A stretch of DNA of 64,000 nt from Amoebidium appalachense (Eukaryota; Protista; Ichthyosporea), in NCBI GenBank assembly GCA_963693365.1, contig CAVNZM010000008.1:10441172-10505171 (forward strand). Reading direction: 5' to 3'. Below are positions 1-26,332 of this stretch, piece after piece. Both the position numbers and the translations under genes were made by a program. Under the pieces are notes generated by a model. It searched no databases. It was given only the letters and a program-made list of their open reading frames with translations, and was not told the DNA's origin. Every line of letters starts with the position of its first letter. The stretch's first letter is position 1.

Positions 1-32
<32 letters not shown>

Positions 33-218
33 CTGTGCCGTGCCTGTGCCTGTGAAGGTGTAGCTTGCATGCGGATGTGGATAGGTGGGTGGGTGCCAGT
101 ACTGGGGAGCGATGGGGGAGAGCCTTTGGGGGGGGGGGGGGGGGAGGAAGGGGAGGTGGGTGGGGTTGGGAGTAGGAGCCCCCCCGGGGGGGGGGGGGGG
201 GGGGGGGGGGTTTCGTAC

Positions 219-4373
<4,155 letters not shown>

Positions 4374-4375
<2 letters not shown>

Positions 4376-4544
4376 GGTGAAATTTGTGGGAAACCTGCAA
4401 GAAATCGGTAAAATCAAAGTATAAAAATGATGAAATTTGTGGGAGGCCTGCAAGGAATCCGTAAAAGTAATGTATAAAAATGGTGAAATTTGCGGGAAAC
4501 CTGCAAGGAATCGGTAAAAGCAATGTGTAAAAATGGTGAAATTT
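4374..4544. repeat. 53-bp tandem repeat, about 3.2 units, abutting the transferrin-like start codon
   Basis: Units start at 4374, 4427, 4480 and 4533 (ATGGTGAAATTTGYGGGAAACCTGCAAGGAATCGGTAAAA...). Confidence 0.9.
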
Positions 4545-4758
4545 CACTGATAACCTCCTTGGATACACACGAGCATGCGTATACCTGTATGACATTGTAA
4601 TTCCAACCAATGAACCATTGCAATTAGGGTTCAAACGAAAGTAAACTGTAGTGCCTGTGCACGGTTGGGCGAAGCAAAGAACAGCTTTGAGGTGTCTGAG
4701 GTAGAGAGTGGCTCGTGGCAAAGGGGTAGTGTAGTATTGCATCTTTGCGTCACGGTGT

Positions 4759-4842
<84 letters not shown>

Positions 4843-5020
4843 ACGCGCGCGCGCACACGGGTGGGTGGAGGGGAGGGGGAAGTGGGAGGGGGGGGGGGGG
4901 GGGGGGGGGAGGAGGGGGGTAGAATCCACAGAGCACAAGATAGAAGCAACGACAGCAAGATGCTAGTCACCACCCACCGGGGTATGGAGGGGCAGGGGGG
5001 GGAGGGGGGGGGGGGGGGGG

Positions 5021-5190
5021 GGATTTGAATGCGGAACACGGTACGAAGTACGCATACACGATGAGAAGCATGGTGCAGGACACATGCAAACATTCAAGTA
5101 TGCAACATCAGCCATGCGCACAGTATGCGTCATAAGCAGAGCCCATCCTCAGGGAGGGCCCAAGTCATCCATTGCGTCTGAGTTTCGACC
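5021..5190 (-). repeat. Family A, copy 2 (plus an end fragment at about 5462-5497)
   Basis: Near-identical reverse complement of 38720-38860 over about 135 bp. Confidence 0.85.
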
Positions 5191-5550
5191 CCTTAGCCCG
5201 CGTATATACGACTCTCCAACTCAGACAGCAGCATCAACTGAACTTGGGAGGGTCAACCCGTCTTAATCAAAGACGAGCAGGGTTGCTTATGCAAGCAAGG
5301 TGAGCAACACGGTGAAGATGTGTGTGCAAACTAAAGCAGTGCAGCGAAAAATGCGTATGTGCTTACAGATGCACGACACAGAGCAACCATGCCCGGTTGC
5401 ATGGAAGTTAAGGGGTCTCCACACAGTGGTCTGTCCTGAAGGACACCTCTGAAAGAAGACTGGGGGGGTTTGAATGCGGAACCAAGGTACGAAGTAGAAG
5501 GGGGGGGGGGTGGAGGTGGGAGGGGAGGGCAGGGGGGGGAGGGGGGGGGG

Positions 5551-5589
<39 letters not shown>

Positions 5590-6157
5590 GGTGGCAGTGA
5601 ATGTATCGGTGCCAGAAAACATAAACATACCCATGCCCAACTTTTAACGATAAATGTACAGAACTTAAAATATAAAAAAAACATAGCCGGCCCTAACACT
5701 CCAGATGAAGCCCTAATATTCGTCAACAGATGATACTCATCAACAGATAAGTCTGTGTGTGTCTTTTGTGCACTAGCAAGCCGGGGGTGTACGTATGCAT
5801 GAACTCTAGTGAGCTCGTCAGATTATTTAGATTCATCTTGAGGTAAAAAAAAAAAAAAAAATAGCAGCGAGAAGCAAGCGTGGTGATAGTGCGAGAGGGG
5901 AGAGGGGGGGGGGGGGGGGGGGGTTGTTGCGGTACACAGAATGAAGAACATACACGACAGACAGACGGTGAAAAACGCCCAGGGATATGCAAAAGAAAAC
6001 ATGGGTATGAAAGGTGCACACGTTTGAAAGCCTGGTGCACCTCCGTGTTGTGTTTAAATTGAAGAAATGATAACCGTGTGATTTTGTGGGTCTGTGTCTG
6101 TGTGTGTGGGGGGGGTGAATTGTGTGTGTGTGTGTGTGTCTGCGCGTGTGCGCATGC

Positions 6158-6199
<42 letters not shown>

Positions 6200-7687
6200 T
6201 GCGTGTGTGTGTGCTTGCGCGTGTGTGAGTGTGAGTGTGCCTGTGTGTGCGGTACACGGATGCTCTTGAGTGTGTGATCCTGCATCATGGTGTCTGTGAA
6301 TCCGCCAGAGCGTGTGCTTGTGGGATTGTGTGTGTGCGTGTGTGGGTGCACAATTACGCGTAGTGTGTGCTGGAGTGTATGTGTGTTTTGCGTTAGTGTG
6401 TATGTGCCGTGGCGTGTGTGCTGTGTGTGGGTCTGTACGTGGGCGGGGAAGGGGGGAGGGGGGGGGCGAGAAGGAGGGGGGGGGGGGGGGGGGGGGGGGG
6501 TAAACAGGTTTGCACAAACATGTGTGCGTGCGTGCGTGCTTTCCCGGCACTTGCAGTGCCTGACGGTGCTTGCCTCGTTTTTTTACAGTTATCGTGGCTA
6601 TACACAAGAAGCTGTGTCGTATGGCACGCTCATGTACACACGCAGAGACAGGCATACACGACGCAAGCAGGAGTACGATAACATTCACGTGTGTACGGAC
6701 ACATACATACAGCTCCACGCATACATGTTACCATCACAAGATGCCGTACACAACTAACAGTGCCAAAAAGGAACGAAAAAATGACCCTGCTCCTTTTCTT
6801 GTTTCTTGCCTTGATTTGGAGGTTTTGGTTGTTATAGCGTTAACCATTGCTAACATTTATAACACAAAGCAGGCATACCTGTTCACACGTGTCAGGTGCC
6901 CAAAAACTGCTTCTTTTCAGACGGCAAACGTGGCAGAGGAAGCGACAGATGAATGAAAAGGGAAACTTGTATCTTGGTGCTTTAATTTTGGATTAATAGA
7001 GCAAAAGCATTGAGCTATAAAATACCAAAACAGGCATAGACGTTCATACCCTAGCTTTTGTCATGGATGGTGCGGAGAAAAATTTCAATGCCGCGAGATG
7101 GAGGGCTCACAAAGAGTGGAAATGTGACCAAGTTATGAAGGGGGCCACGTATGACTGTGTTGTGCTAGAGTGACTGTATACGCATACCGAATAGCACAGA
7201 GGCGGCTGTAATTTTTTCAAGCAGCCTTTACACAGGCACGAGCACACACCGGTACCCAGTTGTTCCGTACAAACAGCCGCTCAAAGCTGAGTTACACAGT
7301 GTGGCACACACCGTGCAGGCTGACTCTGGCTGAGCCTGTGTGCAGGGCAAACATTACACACTTAGAAAATAAACCAATCAAAATAGGTTCTGGAACCGTG
7401 AACGTAAACATCGATTCCCCAAAGACCCTGTTCATGGGTACTTTCAGATTTTGCGAGTTTATAAACTTTTTGTTTTATACGTAACTCAATTCACATTTAG
7501 ATAATTATACTTCATTTTTTATAAAAACATTTCTTGGTTTTTACACAAAATCCAGAACCCATTTTTTGTTTGTATAATCTGATTTATCACTATAGCTTCT
7601 ACAAGTTTAGTTTTCTGTAAATGGGAACCCAACTCCACTAGAGGTTTTTGGAAGAACCAACATGGGCAGTACCTCAGTGATACGGTG

Positions 7688-8086
<399 letters not shown>

Positions 8087-8445
8087 ATACATGCTAATAT
8101 TTATTAATTAGACGTGGCACTGCTGCACGTACGCGTATACAGATGGTCTACAGTACATGTATATACACATACCATTAATGGCGCCCCCATACTCTCAGAA
8201 ACATCTACTCACAAGTACATGTAACAGGTGCTAGAATCCGTACAACTGATTATATGTGTGTCATGCCATGTTCATCACTTGATAAAACGTCTAGCTGATT
8301 TACGGACACAAACAGTCGGAGATTCACACATACAGAACATGTACATAGTGGAAATTCTCACACACACACACACACATGAGGCTCTAAACCGTGCCCACTC
8401 CCCTCTCTCTTTCTCTCTCTTTCTTTCTCTCTCTTTCTCTCCAAG

Positions 8446-8511
<66 letters not shown>

Positions 8512-8537
8512 GTCTCCCTCTCTCTATCCCTATCTAA

Positions 8538-8583
<46 letters not shown>

Positions 8584-8772
8584 CAGCTGCTCCTTCTAGA
8601 TATCCCCCCCCCCCCCCCCCCTGCCCCAAGAATTTTCCCCTTCCCTTCCCCTCCCCCTTAGCCCCTCCCCTCCCCCCTCCCCCCCCCCCCCCCAAACCCC
8701 CCAACCTCACCCCTGGCACGTACCCTCCGCCCTTTCCCCCACGAACTACTTCCAGGCCCATGTTTGATGGCC

Positions 8773-11018
<2,246 letters not shown>

Positions 11019-11140
11019 CCCTGTGCACAAAGAATGTGTATTCAGCACCTTTTGTGCCTTGCAAACATGGTGCCTGCAAACGTAGCAGAGATGGGTTATA
11101 GATTTGGAGACCCAATGAACAAGAGTTGTGTAAAACGTAT

Positions 11141-11246
11141 TCGCTAATCGATGGTCACGTTGCATCGGGCCATGCAAGATGTCATTGCGAATCGCTAATC
11201 AAACAGGTCACAATGCATTGGGCGATGCAAGATGTACAAGTGCGAA
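11141..11246. repeat. Imperfect two-unit tandem duplication (about 51 bp)
   Basis: TCGCTAATC...GGTCAC...TGCAT.GGGC.ATGCAAGATGT..TGCGAA occurs twice. Confidence 0.7.
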
Positions 11247-12232
11247 ATTCAAACATAATTCACTGACACAGCCACTAACAGCCACCCACCTCGTCACCAA
11301 TGTCGTCACATTCCGGATATAGTATGGGCGAGGAAGACCTGTTCTGTGCCCCATTTTTCACAGCAGAAATGATGTGGGCGGTCAGCAACAGAACCACAAG
11401 GATGAATAGCCAGGATGTTTTGTCATGTGTGCACGCAGATGTGGAGCCCCACATTCTACCAGGGCGCCCCATCTTCACAAAGCAAGCCCACCAAAGGCTA
11501 CCCCAAGGCCCAAATTTGAAAAGTGGAAGCGAACTGAACTGTGTGTTCTCGGGTTGCATAGCCTTTTGAAGCCACGAAAAGGTGTGAAACGTTCTGTTAA
11601 GTGGTGCACTGTGTCGGGGTCTCCAATTCCGTATTTCCTGGTGCGCTCTTGGCCAATCGTTTAGGGGTTTGGGACCGCGAATGAATAGGGAGGCACACTT
11701 TCCTCAGTAGATATCCGCCTGAGATAGCCTAGTGAATGGCCATGGTGTACACTGCCCTTTCTTTTATAATTGTAATGCAGATAATGTCGCCAAAATTTCT
11801 TTTTAAATGCCCCCCCCTTTTTTTTTGAAAAAAAAGCTGCCGTCTGAGCAATAGCCACCTGAGAGGTGTAGAGCCCTGGATGACTCTTCATCAATCAAAA
11901 TGCAAATCGATGTAGATATACGGTGGATATTATCGGAAAATTTTGCACCATTTCAGGCCCATTTCACACGCACACTTAGCCACACTTATGTCAGGCCCCA
12001 CCGCAATCACCTCATTATTGCCGAGCGATATGGACCACATACCTACTATGAGCCTGCCAAATACGTTCTTTCAATCTTTCTTCTGTACTTATACATAGAA
12101 TACAGACAGATAGCTATATAAAAAGAGAAATATTAAAAAAGTGTACGTACGCATAGTAAAGCGTTGTGGTCAATTCAGGATATATTTGCACTAGGTAAGG
12201 GGGGGGAGATCGGCGAGGGGGAGGGGGGGGTG

Positions 12233-12290
<58 letters not shown>

Positions 12291-12766
12291 GGGGGAGGGG
12301 GGGAGGGGGGAGGGGAGGGGGGGGGGGGAGGGGGGGGGGGGGGGGGGGGGGGGGGGAGGGGAGGGGGGAGGGGGGGGGAGGGGGGGGAGGGGGGGAGGGG
12401 GGGGGAGGGGGGGGGGAGGGGGGGAGGGGAGGGGAGGGGGGGGAGGGGGGGGGGGGGGGGGGGGGGCGCTGTGACAGGGGCGGGGGGGGCATGAGAGGGG
12501 GAAAGGAGTGAATTTCCCATCGTAAGTGTGAGCACCGTGTACTGTAATGCACATTTTGGGGCGGTGCCGGATATATTTACACACTGCCTGCAGGCAAAAG
12601 TAGCTACAGGTGCTCGCGGAATACATTATTTCTAACTACATTTTGAATAAAACAAATACTAACATATTTCTTTATAATAAAGCCTGATATAAAGCCTCAC
12701 TAGTATTTAGTCCATATGCACCATTATACGTACTGATGATACGGGGGTCGCATGCTGAGTCGCATG

Positions 12767-12818
12767 TGACGTCCTGCGCCAGCGTGGCAGGTTGTGTGAC
12801 GTCATCTGTATGACGTCA
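12767..12818. promoter_or_regulatory. Cluster of CRE-like palindromes (TGACGTCA x2, TGACGTCC x1), candidate promoter of the cargo gene
   Basis: Sites at 12767, 12797-12804 and 12811-12818, upstream of the minus-strand cargo gene and just inside the subterminal array. Function is inferred. Confidence 0.4.
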
Positions 12819-12820
12819 GT

Positions 12821-13067
12821 TGCGGATCGGCCCGGGAACCAGTGTTTGGCACCGGGAACCACTGTTTCAAACTCGGGAACCAGTGTTTCGAGCCGGGAAC
12901 CACTGTTTTGCGGATCGGCCCGGGAACCAGTGTTTCGAGCCGGGAACCACTGTTTCAAACTCGGGAACCAGTGTTTCGAGCCGGGAACCACGGTTCCGGC
13001 CCGGGAACTAGCCCCTGGATTCGACCCGTGTTTGTTCCCGGGAACTGCATTCCAGCTGCTGGAATGC
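12821..13067. repeat. Subterminal array of about 20-27 bp CGGGAACCASTGTTT units plus a palindrome
   Basis: About 9 tandem CGGGAAC-cored units at 12821-13010. Palindrome GCATTCCAGC-T-GCTGGAATGC at 13047-13067 lies next to the right TIR. Confidence 0.9.
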
Positions 13068-15137
13068 GGGAACACCGTATCACTGAGGTGCTGCCCCAAC
13101 ATGAGATTAGAGCCAATCATTGCAATGCAACAGAGCGATGCAGATTGCAGAAAACGCCCACTGAGCGGCTGAGCCTGAAAACAGCGAAAACGCGCGGGCA
13201 CTCTCGCGGTCACTCGGAAGATGAGCCTTCGAGAAGTGTACGCTACAGTATATGTAAAGGTCAGGTTCACTTGTAAATGGTTATCATAGTTGTAGTGTAG
13301 CCTACGCCACAGAGTCTGCATGCAGGGCACCTGTAGTCTATGATATCGGATAAAGTCGAGGGCAGATGTACTGTGGTAGGCATTCCGAAACGTACTACCA
13401 CAACCTTGTAACTGCGAGCCATGGTGCACATGTGACAGTATATAACATATTGAATGGTCTTTTTATAGTTCGTAATACTTGTGCACATTTTCAACTATTG
13501 CGTTGTCTGTGTTGCACAGTGAAAAGCTTCACCTTGTCTGTGCGTCGCATGCGGGTGTGCGAGTGTTTTGAGTTCAACGTTAACAGTGTGCCACTTCAGT
13601 GTGTGTACACGTGACACGTTGTGTGTGTTTACTTCCTTTGTGTGATCCGTGATGCTGCACATGTGCTGTTGCAAGTACTTGTAGCTCCTCCGAGGGTTAA
13701 AATATTATTACGACTCTGGCTGGAGCACGTTCCAGGAAAAGATTAATAGTACCCGGTAGTGTATTAATTCCACAGCTGGTGCAAACTTATCAGCAGCGAC
13801 GTAGGCCCTTGAAAGTTTGCAATTTAACTTACGAGATTTGATATGGTTATCCTTTTTGATGTTTTGTTGGCCTGGCCGCTGTGGCCTGAAATTATGTGCA
13901 CGCTTGGCGGCGTGTGGATGTGGGGGTGTAGGTGTGTGTGTGTGTGCGTGACGCGTGTGTGGGATGCATGTAGGCTGGGGAAGGGCCTTTGTGTGGCTAA
14001 GGGTGGGCGGGTAAGTGGATGGGTGGGGGAGTGGGGCAGTGGAAAGGGGGTTTGGGGGAGTTTGGGGCAGAGGAACGGGAGTATTTGGACGGCAGATGTG
14101 AAAAAAAAAAGAGTTTCATAAGAGCCCGGAACAATTGAAGGAGGCCGACTGAGGCGACAGCTAACCCGATAGTAAACAACTGTTGCAATATAATGGCATG
14201 GCACATCATGGGTGCTGCATCCACCTACATGCATTTATGCATGCCTGATTGAAGAAACCCCGAAGCTCCTTGGACCACAGCTCAGTACAGTACCTTGTGA
14301 TTGTGAAGTGTACATTTGCCATCAAGGCAATGTATTTTTGATTTTGGTGTATTATCATACCTGGAACCGCTTGCCACACATTTCACGTTCCCTTCAAGCT
14401 CCCCCCGTCACATGTAATACTTGTAACACCACCTATTTGTATCTACACATCCATATACCATATGGCCCGTGCATAGACAATTAAGAACCCTCTCGTGCAG
14501 TAGGCTGTACTCTTCTTTGATCTCATTATCATACAACTCAATTGAACACATCAGGCAACCAATACCGTTACGATAGATCATCTGAATCAATCAACGGGTT
14601 CACAGTGCTCTCGTTCTCACTTTCTTGCATTTCAAAAAACAAAACAAACACACCGCTCAAAACACACAAACACAACCCAATATGTAATAAAGGCTTAGTA
14701 TCCTATGAGGCATTTATTGTCTGCAATCATTTGGCTTTTGTCGCTTTTGGGTGCAGTGAAATAATGTATAACGAACCCCCAAAAAATGCTTATGTTTATC
14801 TGGCATGCAACACACGTTCATATTCAAGTTTGTTCTTTCCAAAGCCCGTAATTATCCTCCTCACAGAATTTCGGGATTTCGCGTTGCCACACGTGTATTT
14901 TTGGGTTTACCTTTTGCGGCTTTTTAGTACTATGATAAATTTTTCAACGTCATTCGCGAATTTGTGTTCTCTCACGAGGCATTGAATCCGAAGGAAGGCT
15001 GGGGTGGCCCGCCAAATGTCGGTATCGGAGCAGAGGATTGGGCTCCTGTCTTGAACTCCTGGTGTTGAAGAGGGGGATATTAGTATGCTTACACACAATA
15101 GCTATATACATGGCGTCACTAGGATTGGAAAAACATG

Positions 15138-15179
<42 letters not shown>

Positions 15180-15243
15180 CACCAACCAACAAAACACACA
15201 TACACACATACACAAACACACACACACACACACACAGGCGCGC

Positions 15244-15281
<38 letters not shown>

Positions 15282-15555
15282 ACTGCCGCCCCCACCATCA
15301 CCACCACCACCACCACCCACACTACCTCACATTCTTCCCCCCCCCCCCCCCCCCCCCCCCCCCATACACACACACACAGCCCTCCCCACCAGTCCCCCTC
15401 TTTCCGCCCCCCTCCACCCTCCACCCCCCAGCGGGAAAAAGAAAAAATAGATTTAAAAAAAAAAAAAGAACAAGCAAAAAAAAAAAAAAAAGGACAAAAC
15501 ACACAGACACAAAACACACAAACACAGGGGCCTGCCGTTTCTCCTACACTGACTT

Positions 15556-20977
<5,422 letters not shown>

Positions 20978-21619
20978 GGCTTCATCTCTGCCGAACGAAG
21001 CACCTATGTTTTGCTCCCTGTTACGTTGGGTTTTGTTGTGTTTGCTAAGTGTTGTTGTATGTGTTGTTATGTACTGTTATGTTTTGTTATGTATGATTGT
21101 TATGTTTCCGCCGGAGTTCGAAATTCCATACCCCGGTTTGGTAATTTCCCAAAGTTTTTGAACGATTTCCCAAACTTTGAACACCGTCCAAGGACCATTT
21201 GAGAGTCCTCCCACTCCCCCCCCCCCCTCCCCCCTCCCCCCCCCCCCCCCCCCCCAAAAAAAAAGTCAGCTGTATAGATAGACACTCTTTGTTGTGCCCC
21301 TATAGACATTTGTACTCTTGAGAAAACAGCACGTTCCCCCCAGGGCCGAGTCGGTGTCCAAGAGACCCAAACTTTATTTTGAGCGCGAAAACGTGCAAAC
21401 CCCTCAAAATTTTCTGGGCTGGCGCCCGGTTCGATCAAAAAGAGTCACCTCAGAGGGATTCTTGATTTTGAAATGGATTGAACTATCGAGGTCCCCCCTG
21501 GTGGTACCCTCCCCGCCCTCCCCCGCAGGGTTGGTGGTCCACCCTCCCTCCCCCCTCCCCAAGGTAATCGCTGGATTGGGTCCCCCTCCTCCTCCCCCCC
21601 CCCCCCCCCCTCTCCCCCC

Positions 21620-21650
<31 letters not shown>

Positions 21651-22100
21651 ACACACACACCATACACACACACGCCGTACACAAATACACATGGTGTGAT
21701 TGATGGCCAAACATCTCTTTTCCACCACTAAAGGCTGTATTCGTTACGGTCCGGCAGCTATTACTAAACTATGAAATATCGCACGTGCAGGCTCACCTTG
21801 CAACTCACGTGTGCGTGACGTCTGAGTGGTGGGGTATGTATGTGTAGTGTGGACTCAATAGTATCTGCATGTTTATTTTGTGCGCATCGCTGGTTTGTAA
21901 ATTTGTGCACCACCTGTGCGCCGGTTGGTACATGTCCGAGTGTGTGTGTGCGCGCGCGGCCGGCTGAGACTCTGAGAGCATTGAATGCTTTGAGTGTTCA
22001 TGCAATGTGAAGGAGGCCGTGTGGGGTGTATATGGACTAGTGAGGGTGGGCGGGTCATGCCCTAGCTATCTACGGGTATCATAGCACTATAGATTATCAT

Positions 22101-22268
22101 TGGGGTAGTAGCCCTGGGCAAAGTGTGTACTTATAGTTAGGTTGTGAAGGATGGTTTATTTTTAAGTTAGCTGAACTCATAGATAGCACCTTAACTAGGG
22201 TACTGTGGATGCTGTGTGGTAGATGGTATTTTCCCTAGAGGGCCTGCAAAGGCTCTCCGGGAACAAAA
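22101..22268 (+). repeat. Interspersed repeat family B, copy 1 (structured-RNA-like)
   Basis: Aligns with 43479-43642 (TGGGGTAGTA..CTGGGCAAAGTGTG...ATAGATAGCACC.TAACTAG...GAGGGCCTGCAA...CCGGGAACAAA). Confidence 0.85.
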
Positions 22269-22436
22269 CGTGATAAAATAAAATAAAAACGATAGATTAG
22301 CATAGCTCTGAGAGCGAGTGGTGGGTGATCACATGAGCATCATGATATCCGGCATGACATTGTGTGACGTTGCCCGGGGGGTACTCAAATATATACAGCT
22401 ATATACTATCTGAGTGGATAGAAGGGCCGGCCCCCC

Positions 22437-22477
<41 letters not shown>

Positions 22478-23491
22478 GGGGGGCGAGGGGGGGAGGGGAA
22501 GGGGGGAGGGGGGTGCAGGAGGGGGTTTCCCAAGTTTTTTGGCGATTCCCAGAAGGGGTAAACCTTTTATAGGCCAGTTTTTTAACAATGATTATGAGTT
22601 GCCAACGTTCCTTATTGTGTGAAAGCTTTACCATGATGCCACACACCAAACAACCGGGCCACACACATCAATTAAAACGAACAGTGACTTGTGGTTTGCT
22701 CTCAACCTGTATTCCTCCAGACATACACACAGTGCACGTGACACCCGGTTTACCATGCCACCCGGTCGGTGAAAGGCCTACTAAAATTTAACCGGCCAGA
22801 TTTCATACTTGGCCGCCGGCAAGTTTCTACTGTACCCCAAAAACATGTATGGCCCGTTTAATACCTGGACGAAAACTACTGTAACTTACAGCCTCAGAAA
22901 GCTGACTATCCTGGTGGGTGGAAGTACTGTTGACCTGGTGCCAGCACCTCATCACAGCTCACATTCATGTCGTTAATAAACAGCACATTCCTTCCCCCCT
23001 CCCCACCCCCTCCCCTCTCCCCCCCCCCCCCCCCCCCCCCCCCCCCCTTTTCCCTCCGAGTTGGCCCCCTCGATAACTCGAAACTTCAATTCGAACCCTG
23101 GTTTCGCCGCATGATTTCCGCGTGCATGCAAGGAATGCGATTACAGTAGATAGGTACCGATCACAAATCGTAATTTTTGAGCACTTTGAAGAAGTTGTGC
23201 TATCCTTTTCCAAATCCCCCGCCGCGCGTCTAGCCTCACTTCAACTTGCAGTCAAGCCCCCCCTTTCAACCGATGATAGGGGTTATTATACTTAGGAGGT
23301 AAGGAAAAAAAAGAGAAAAAAAAGATACTTTTCAAGCGTTAAGAGGCAAGAAAACAAAAAAGGACGAAAGCTTCACCGGTTCCAAGACAAAAAAAAAGAA
23401 GAAAAACTTCACTTGTATTTGAGTCACAGCCGAAAAAGTTGGTTTTCTTGTGCCTCACCTACCCCAACTTTACAGTGCAATTTTTACACAG

Positions 23492-23767
23492 CGGGCCAGA
23501 AGTCCGTTATTCTTGGTTGACCGCTGCACTCAGACAGGAATCACTAGGTGTAAATTCATCAATCATGTGTGCATCACGCATGCTTGCACGTAAGTTTGTA
23601 AAACCTATGATTATAGTAATTTTGGTTTGAATTTGTTTATCTACCCAAACTTTAAAGTGTTTCATAATAGCACCAAGCGGGCCCAACGCGTACAGTGCTA
23701 CTGCTAGAAATTGCACAATCCTATCCCCCCCCCCCCCCCCCCCTCCCCCCCCCCCCCCCTCCCCCCA

Positions 23768-23834
<67 letters not shown>

Positions 23835-25945
23835 GTATTCACACGCACGACACACGTAAACACACACACAAATACATGCACCTGACACACACACACACAC
23901 AACCACACACACACACACACAGACACGGTACTCACCTCAACACATGAACACATGAACCAACTGACACACACAATTGACAGGCTTCTCGAACTCATCATCC
24001 CCCCTCTCCCCCCGCCCCACCCATCACCACCACCACCACCACCCACCAACCCACCCACTCGCCCCCACTTCCGCCTCGCTCTGGATCTTACGTCTTCGAG
24101 CATCTATATAAGGGTTGTCACCATGAGCGGGATGTCCACTCAAAGAACACAAGTAAAACCCTCATCAACGAAATTTAATGACATGCCAATGCGCTTTGTG
24201 TTGTCTATGGTCGGTGATATACGTGGGTATACTTTGCCTGCTCTTGCCCCTACTTTTTGTGTCAGGACTCCATCAGCTTATGAACAAGATGGCGCCGCTA
24301 CCAGCCTACCTCCAATTTTATAATAACCCTGATATGAGCTATATCATATCTTAATAATCGCCCCACGTCCGTTTCCCCTCTCCCCACAAAGTCCACACGC
24401 ACACGCAAAAAAATGATAATAATAATAAAATAAAAAAGAAAAAGAAAATAAAAATAAAAACAAAACAAAAAATAAAAGGGCGGTGTTTGGTATGAAAAGG
24501 ACTACTTGTCACCAGGCACGTACACGCCGCACCCGCACACACGTGCGCGCGCGCGCGCACACATGCACACGCGTGCATATGCACGGGATCACGTGCTCAC
24601 GCAGTGTGAGCTGTGTCCACACCTTGCCTCTCGTCGTTTTCATGGCCACAGCTGAGACCGAGGGCAGAGCAGCGAAACAAAAAGTAATACTGAATGATCC
24701 GGAACCTAGAACATAATTAACTTGTGTATTTTTCAGGGAGCTGGGTGAGAGGGGGGGGGGGGGGATTCCCCATGAATTCATAAATCCGTGCCTATATAAC
24801 TCCCCCAGTCCCCTCCCCCCCCTCCCCTCCCTGCCCACCTCCCCCATGCCCTTCCCCTTCCTCCTCTTCTCCCTAGGCTACCCGCCACTCCCTGAAAAGT
24901 CCCTCCTCGAGAGGAAACTAGATTGGAGTTCTTTCCCTGTGCCCATTGAACACAAATATTTTGGGGGTATGGCTGGCTGTGTATGCTGCCAATCTGTCTA
25001 TCTTTTTTCAGATCTTAAATTTCTTCTTTTTTTTTTTTTTTTTTTTTTTTTAGGGGGGGAGGGGGGGGGGGGGGGGGGGGGGGGGGGATAGATATGCCAT
25101 AGGCCCCCAAACGAAATAAACGGTATAAACCCCGTGGTTTGAAATCGGTGGATATACGACCATCGTCCGACGGCATTTAATGACATACCACAACACCGCT
25201 CGTTAACCACATTTGGCAATACATGATATTTTGGAGCTGGGAGACCCGGATTTGAAACCAACGGACCTGAGTCGGTGCTCAGGTGTGTAATTCTGAATGT
25301 GCACGTGCGCGCGATTTGAAACCCACACAAATACGGTATATGTATACGCAAATTTGCAATGTTCACATGATAAACACATAGACATTCGCCTCCGGAGGGG
25401 GAAAAAAAAAAGCATAGAAAGAAAAATTTACCGACGATGCATATTCAAATTTCAGACTGCCTTGGCCAGACGCTCGTTGGAGATGAAGTCCTGTGCCTCC
25501 TTGACGACAGCAGAAAGCACTTCCTCATCCCTGTGTATGCTTACGTAAGTGTATCTGCTTACGATAGTATATATACATATGCAGGTATATCTACATATGT
25601 AAATTTATCTGTGTTTGTTGATATATGCTTACATAAGTATATCTACATATGTAAGTATATCTAAGTACGTACGTGAAAGTGCACATCTAGAAGGTTATTG
25701 GCTTCACATGTGACTTGTGCAATTTTAGCACTTTAATTTATGGGCATATCTTGAGTCCTTATCATTGCATCTATCCGGGATTCCTATATTAGTATGCGTA
25801 TATATAGGATGAGAGAACCCAGATGTTTGTGCCCAATATCAACATATCTAAGGTGAATTTAGCCGTGGGTATGTATTTTCGATAAATAGTCTGTACCTGC
25901 AGAAAACAACCTAGCTTCATTATCAACTTCAACAGTTGCAAGTTA
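23492..25945 (+). other. Possible spliced transcript of unknown nature (exon-like islands near 23492-23589, 24605-24683, 25456-25544, 25903-25945)
   Basis: Non-repetitive islands bounded by CAG and mostly GTAA-type donors. I could not assemble a recognisable protein. Confidence 0.25.
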
Positions 25946-26074
25946 AAAAAAGCACACTCGTTAATTAGGGATCACAACATTGCATGCCAAAGGAGTCGAT
26001 AATACGGCAGAGAGGGAAGGGGTACCAAGGATTCCCCCCGAGGAGCTGGCAGGGTGGAAGGGGGAGAAGGAGGA

Positions 26075-26107
<33 letters not shown>

Positions 26108-26110
<3 letters not shown>

Positions 26111-26301
26111 CGTGGCGTTTGGCCCAGGGGGTGCACCAGTCTTGCCCATGTCTCCTTTCTCGACAGCTGTCGGGTTAATAGTCAACAAAAGGGGACGTAT
26201 AAGGGGGATGGGGAGAAGGGGGAAGGGGGGGGGGAAGGGGGGAACTTTACAACAACTGGTTTATGGAGGTACGCACATGCTTGGAAAAAAATTAATTTTT
26301 T

Positions 26302-26332
<31 letters not shown>

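Noticed and set aside
11275-11660. Transposase remnant inside the TIR element
   Set aside because: The short ORFs show no DDE or IS1595 motifs that I can recognise; BLASTX is needed to exclude a highly decayed relic.
12821-13010. CRISPR-like array
   Set aside because: Units are contiguous with no unique spacers, the context is eukaryotic, and there are no cas genes.
12707-13429. ORFs across the subterminal array (240, 126, 144 aa)
   Set aside because: They are open only because of the repeat, and some cross the element boundary.
25232-25290. tRNA-like 3' half on minus (GGTTTCAAATCC...CCA)
   Set aside because: No D-arm, A box or acceptor-stem partner; at most a decayed fragment.
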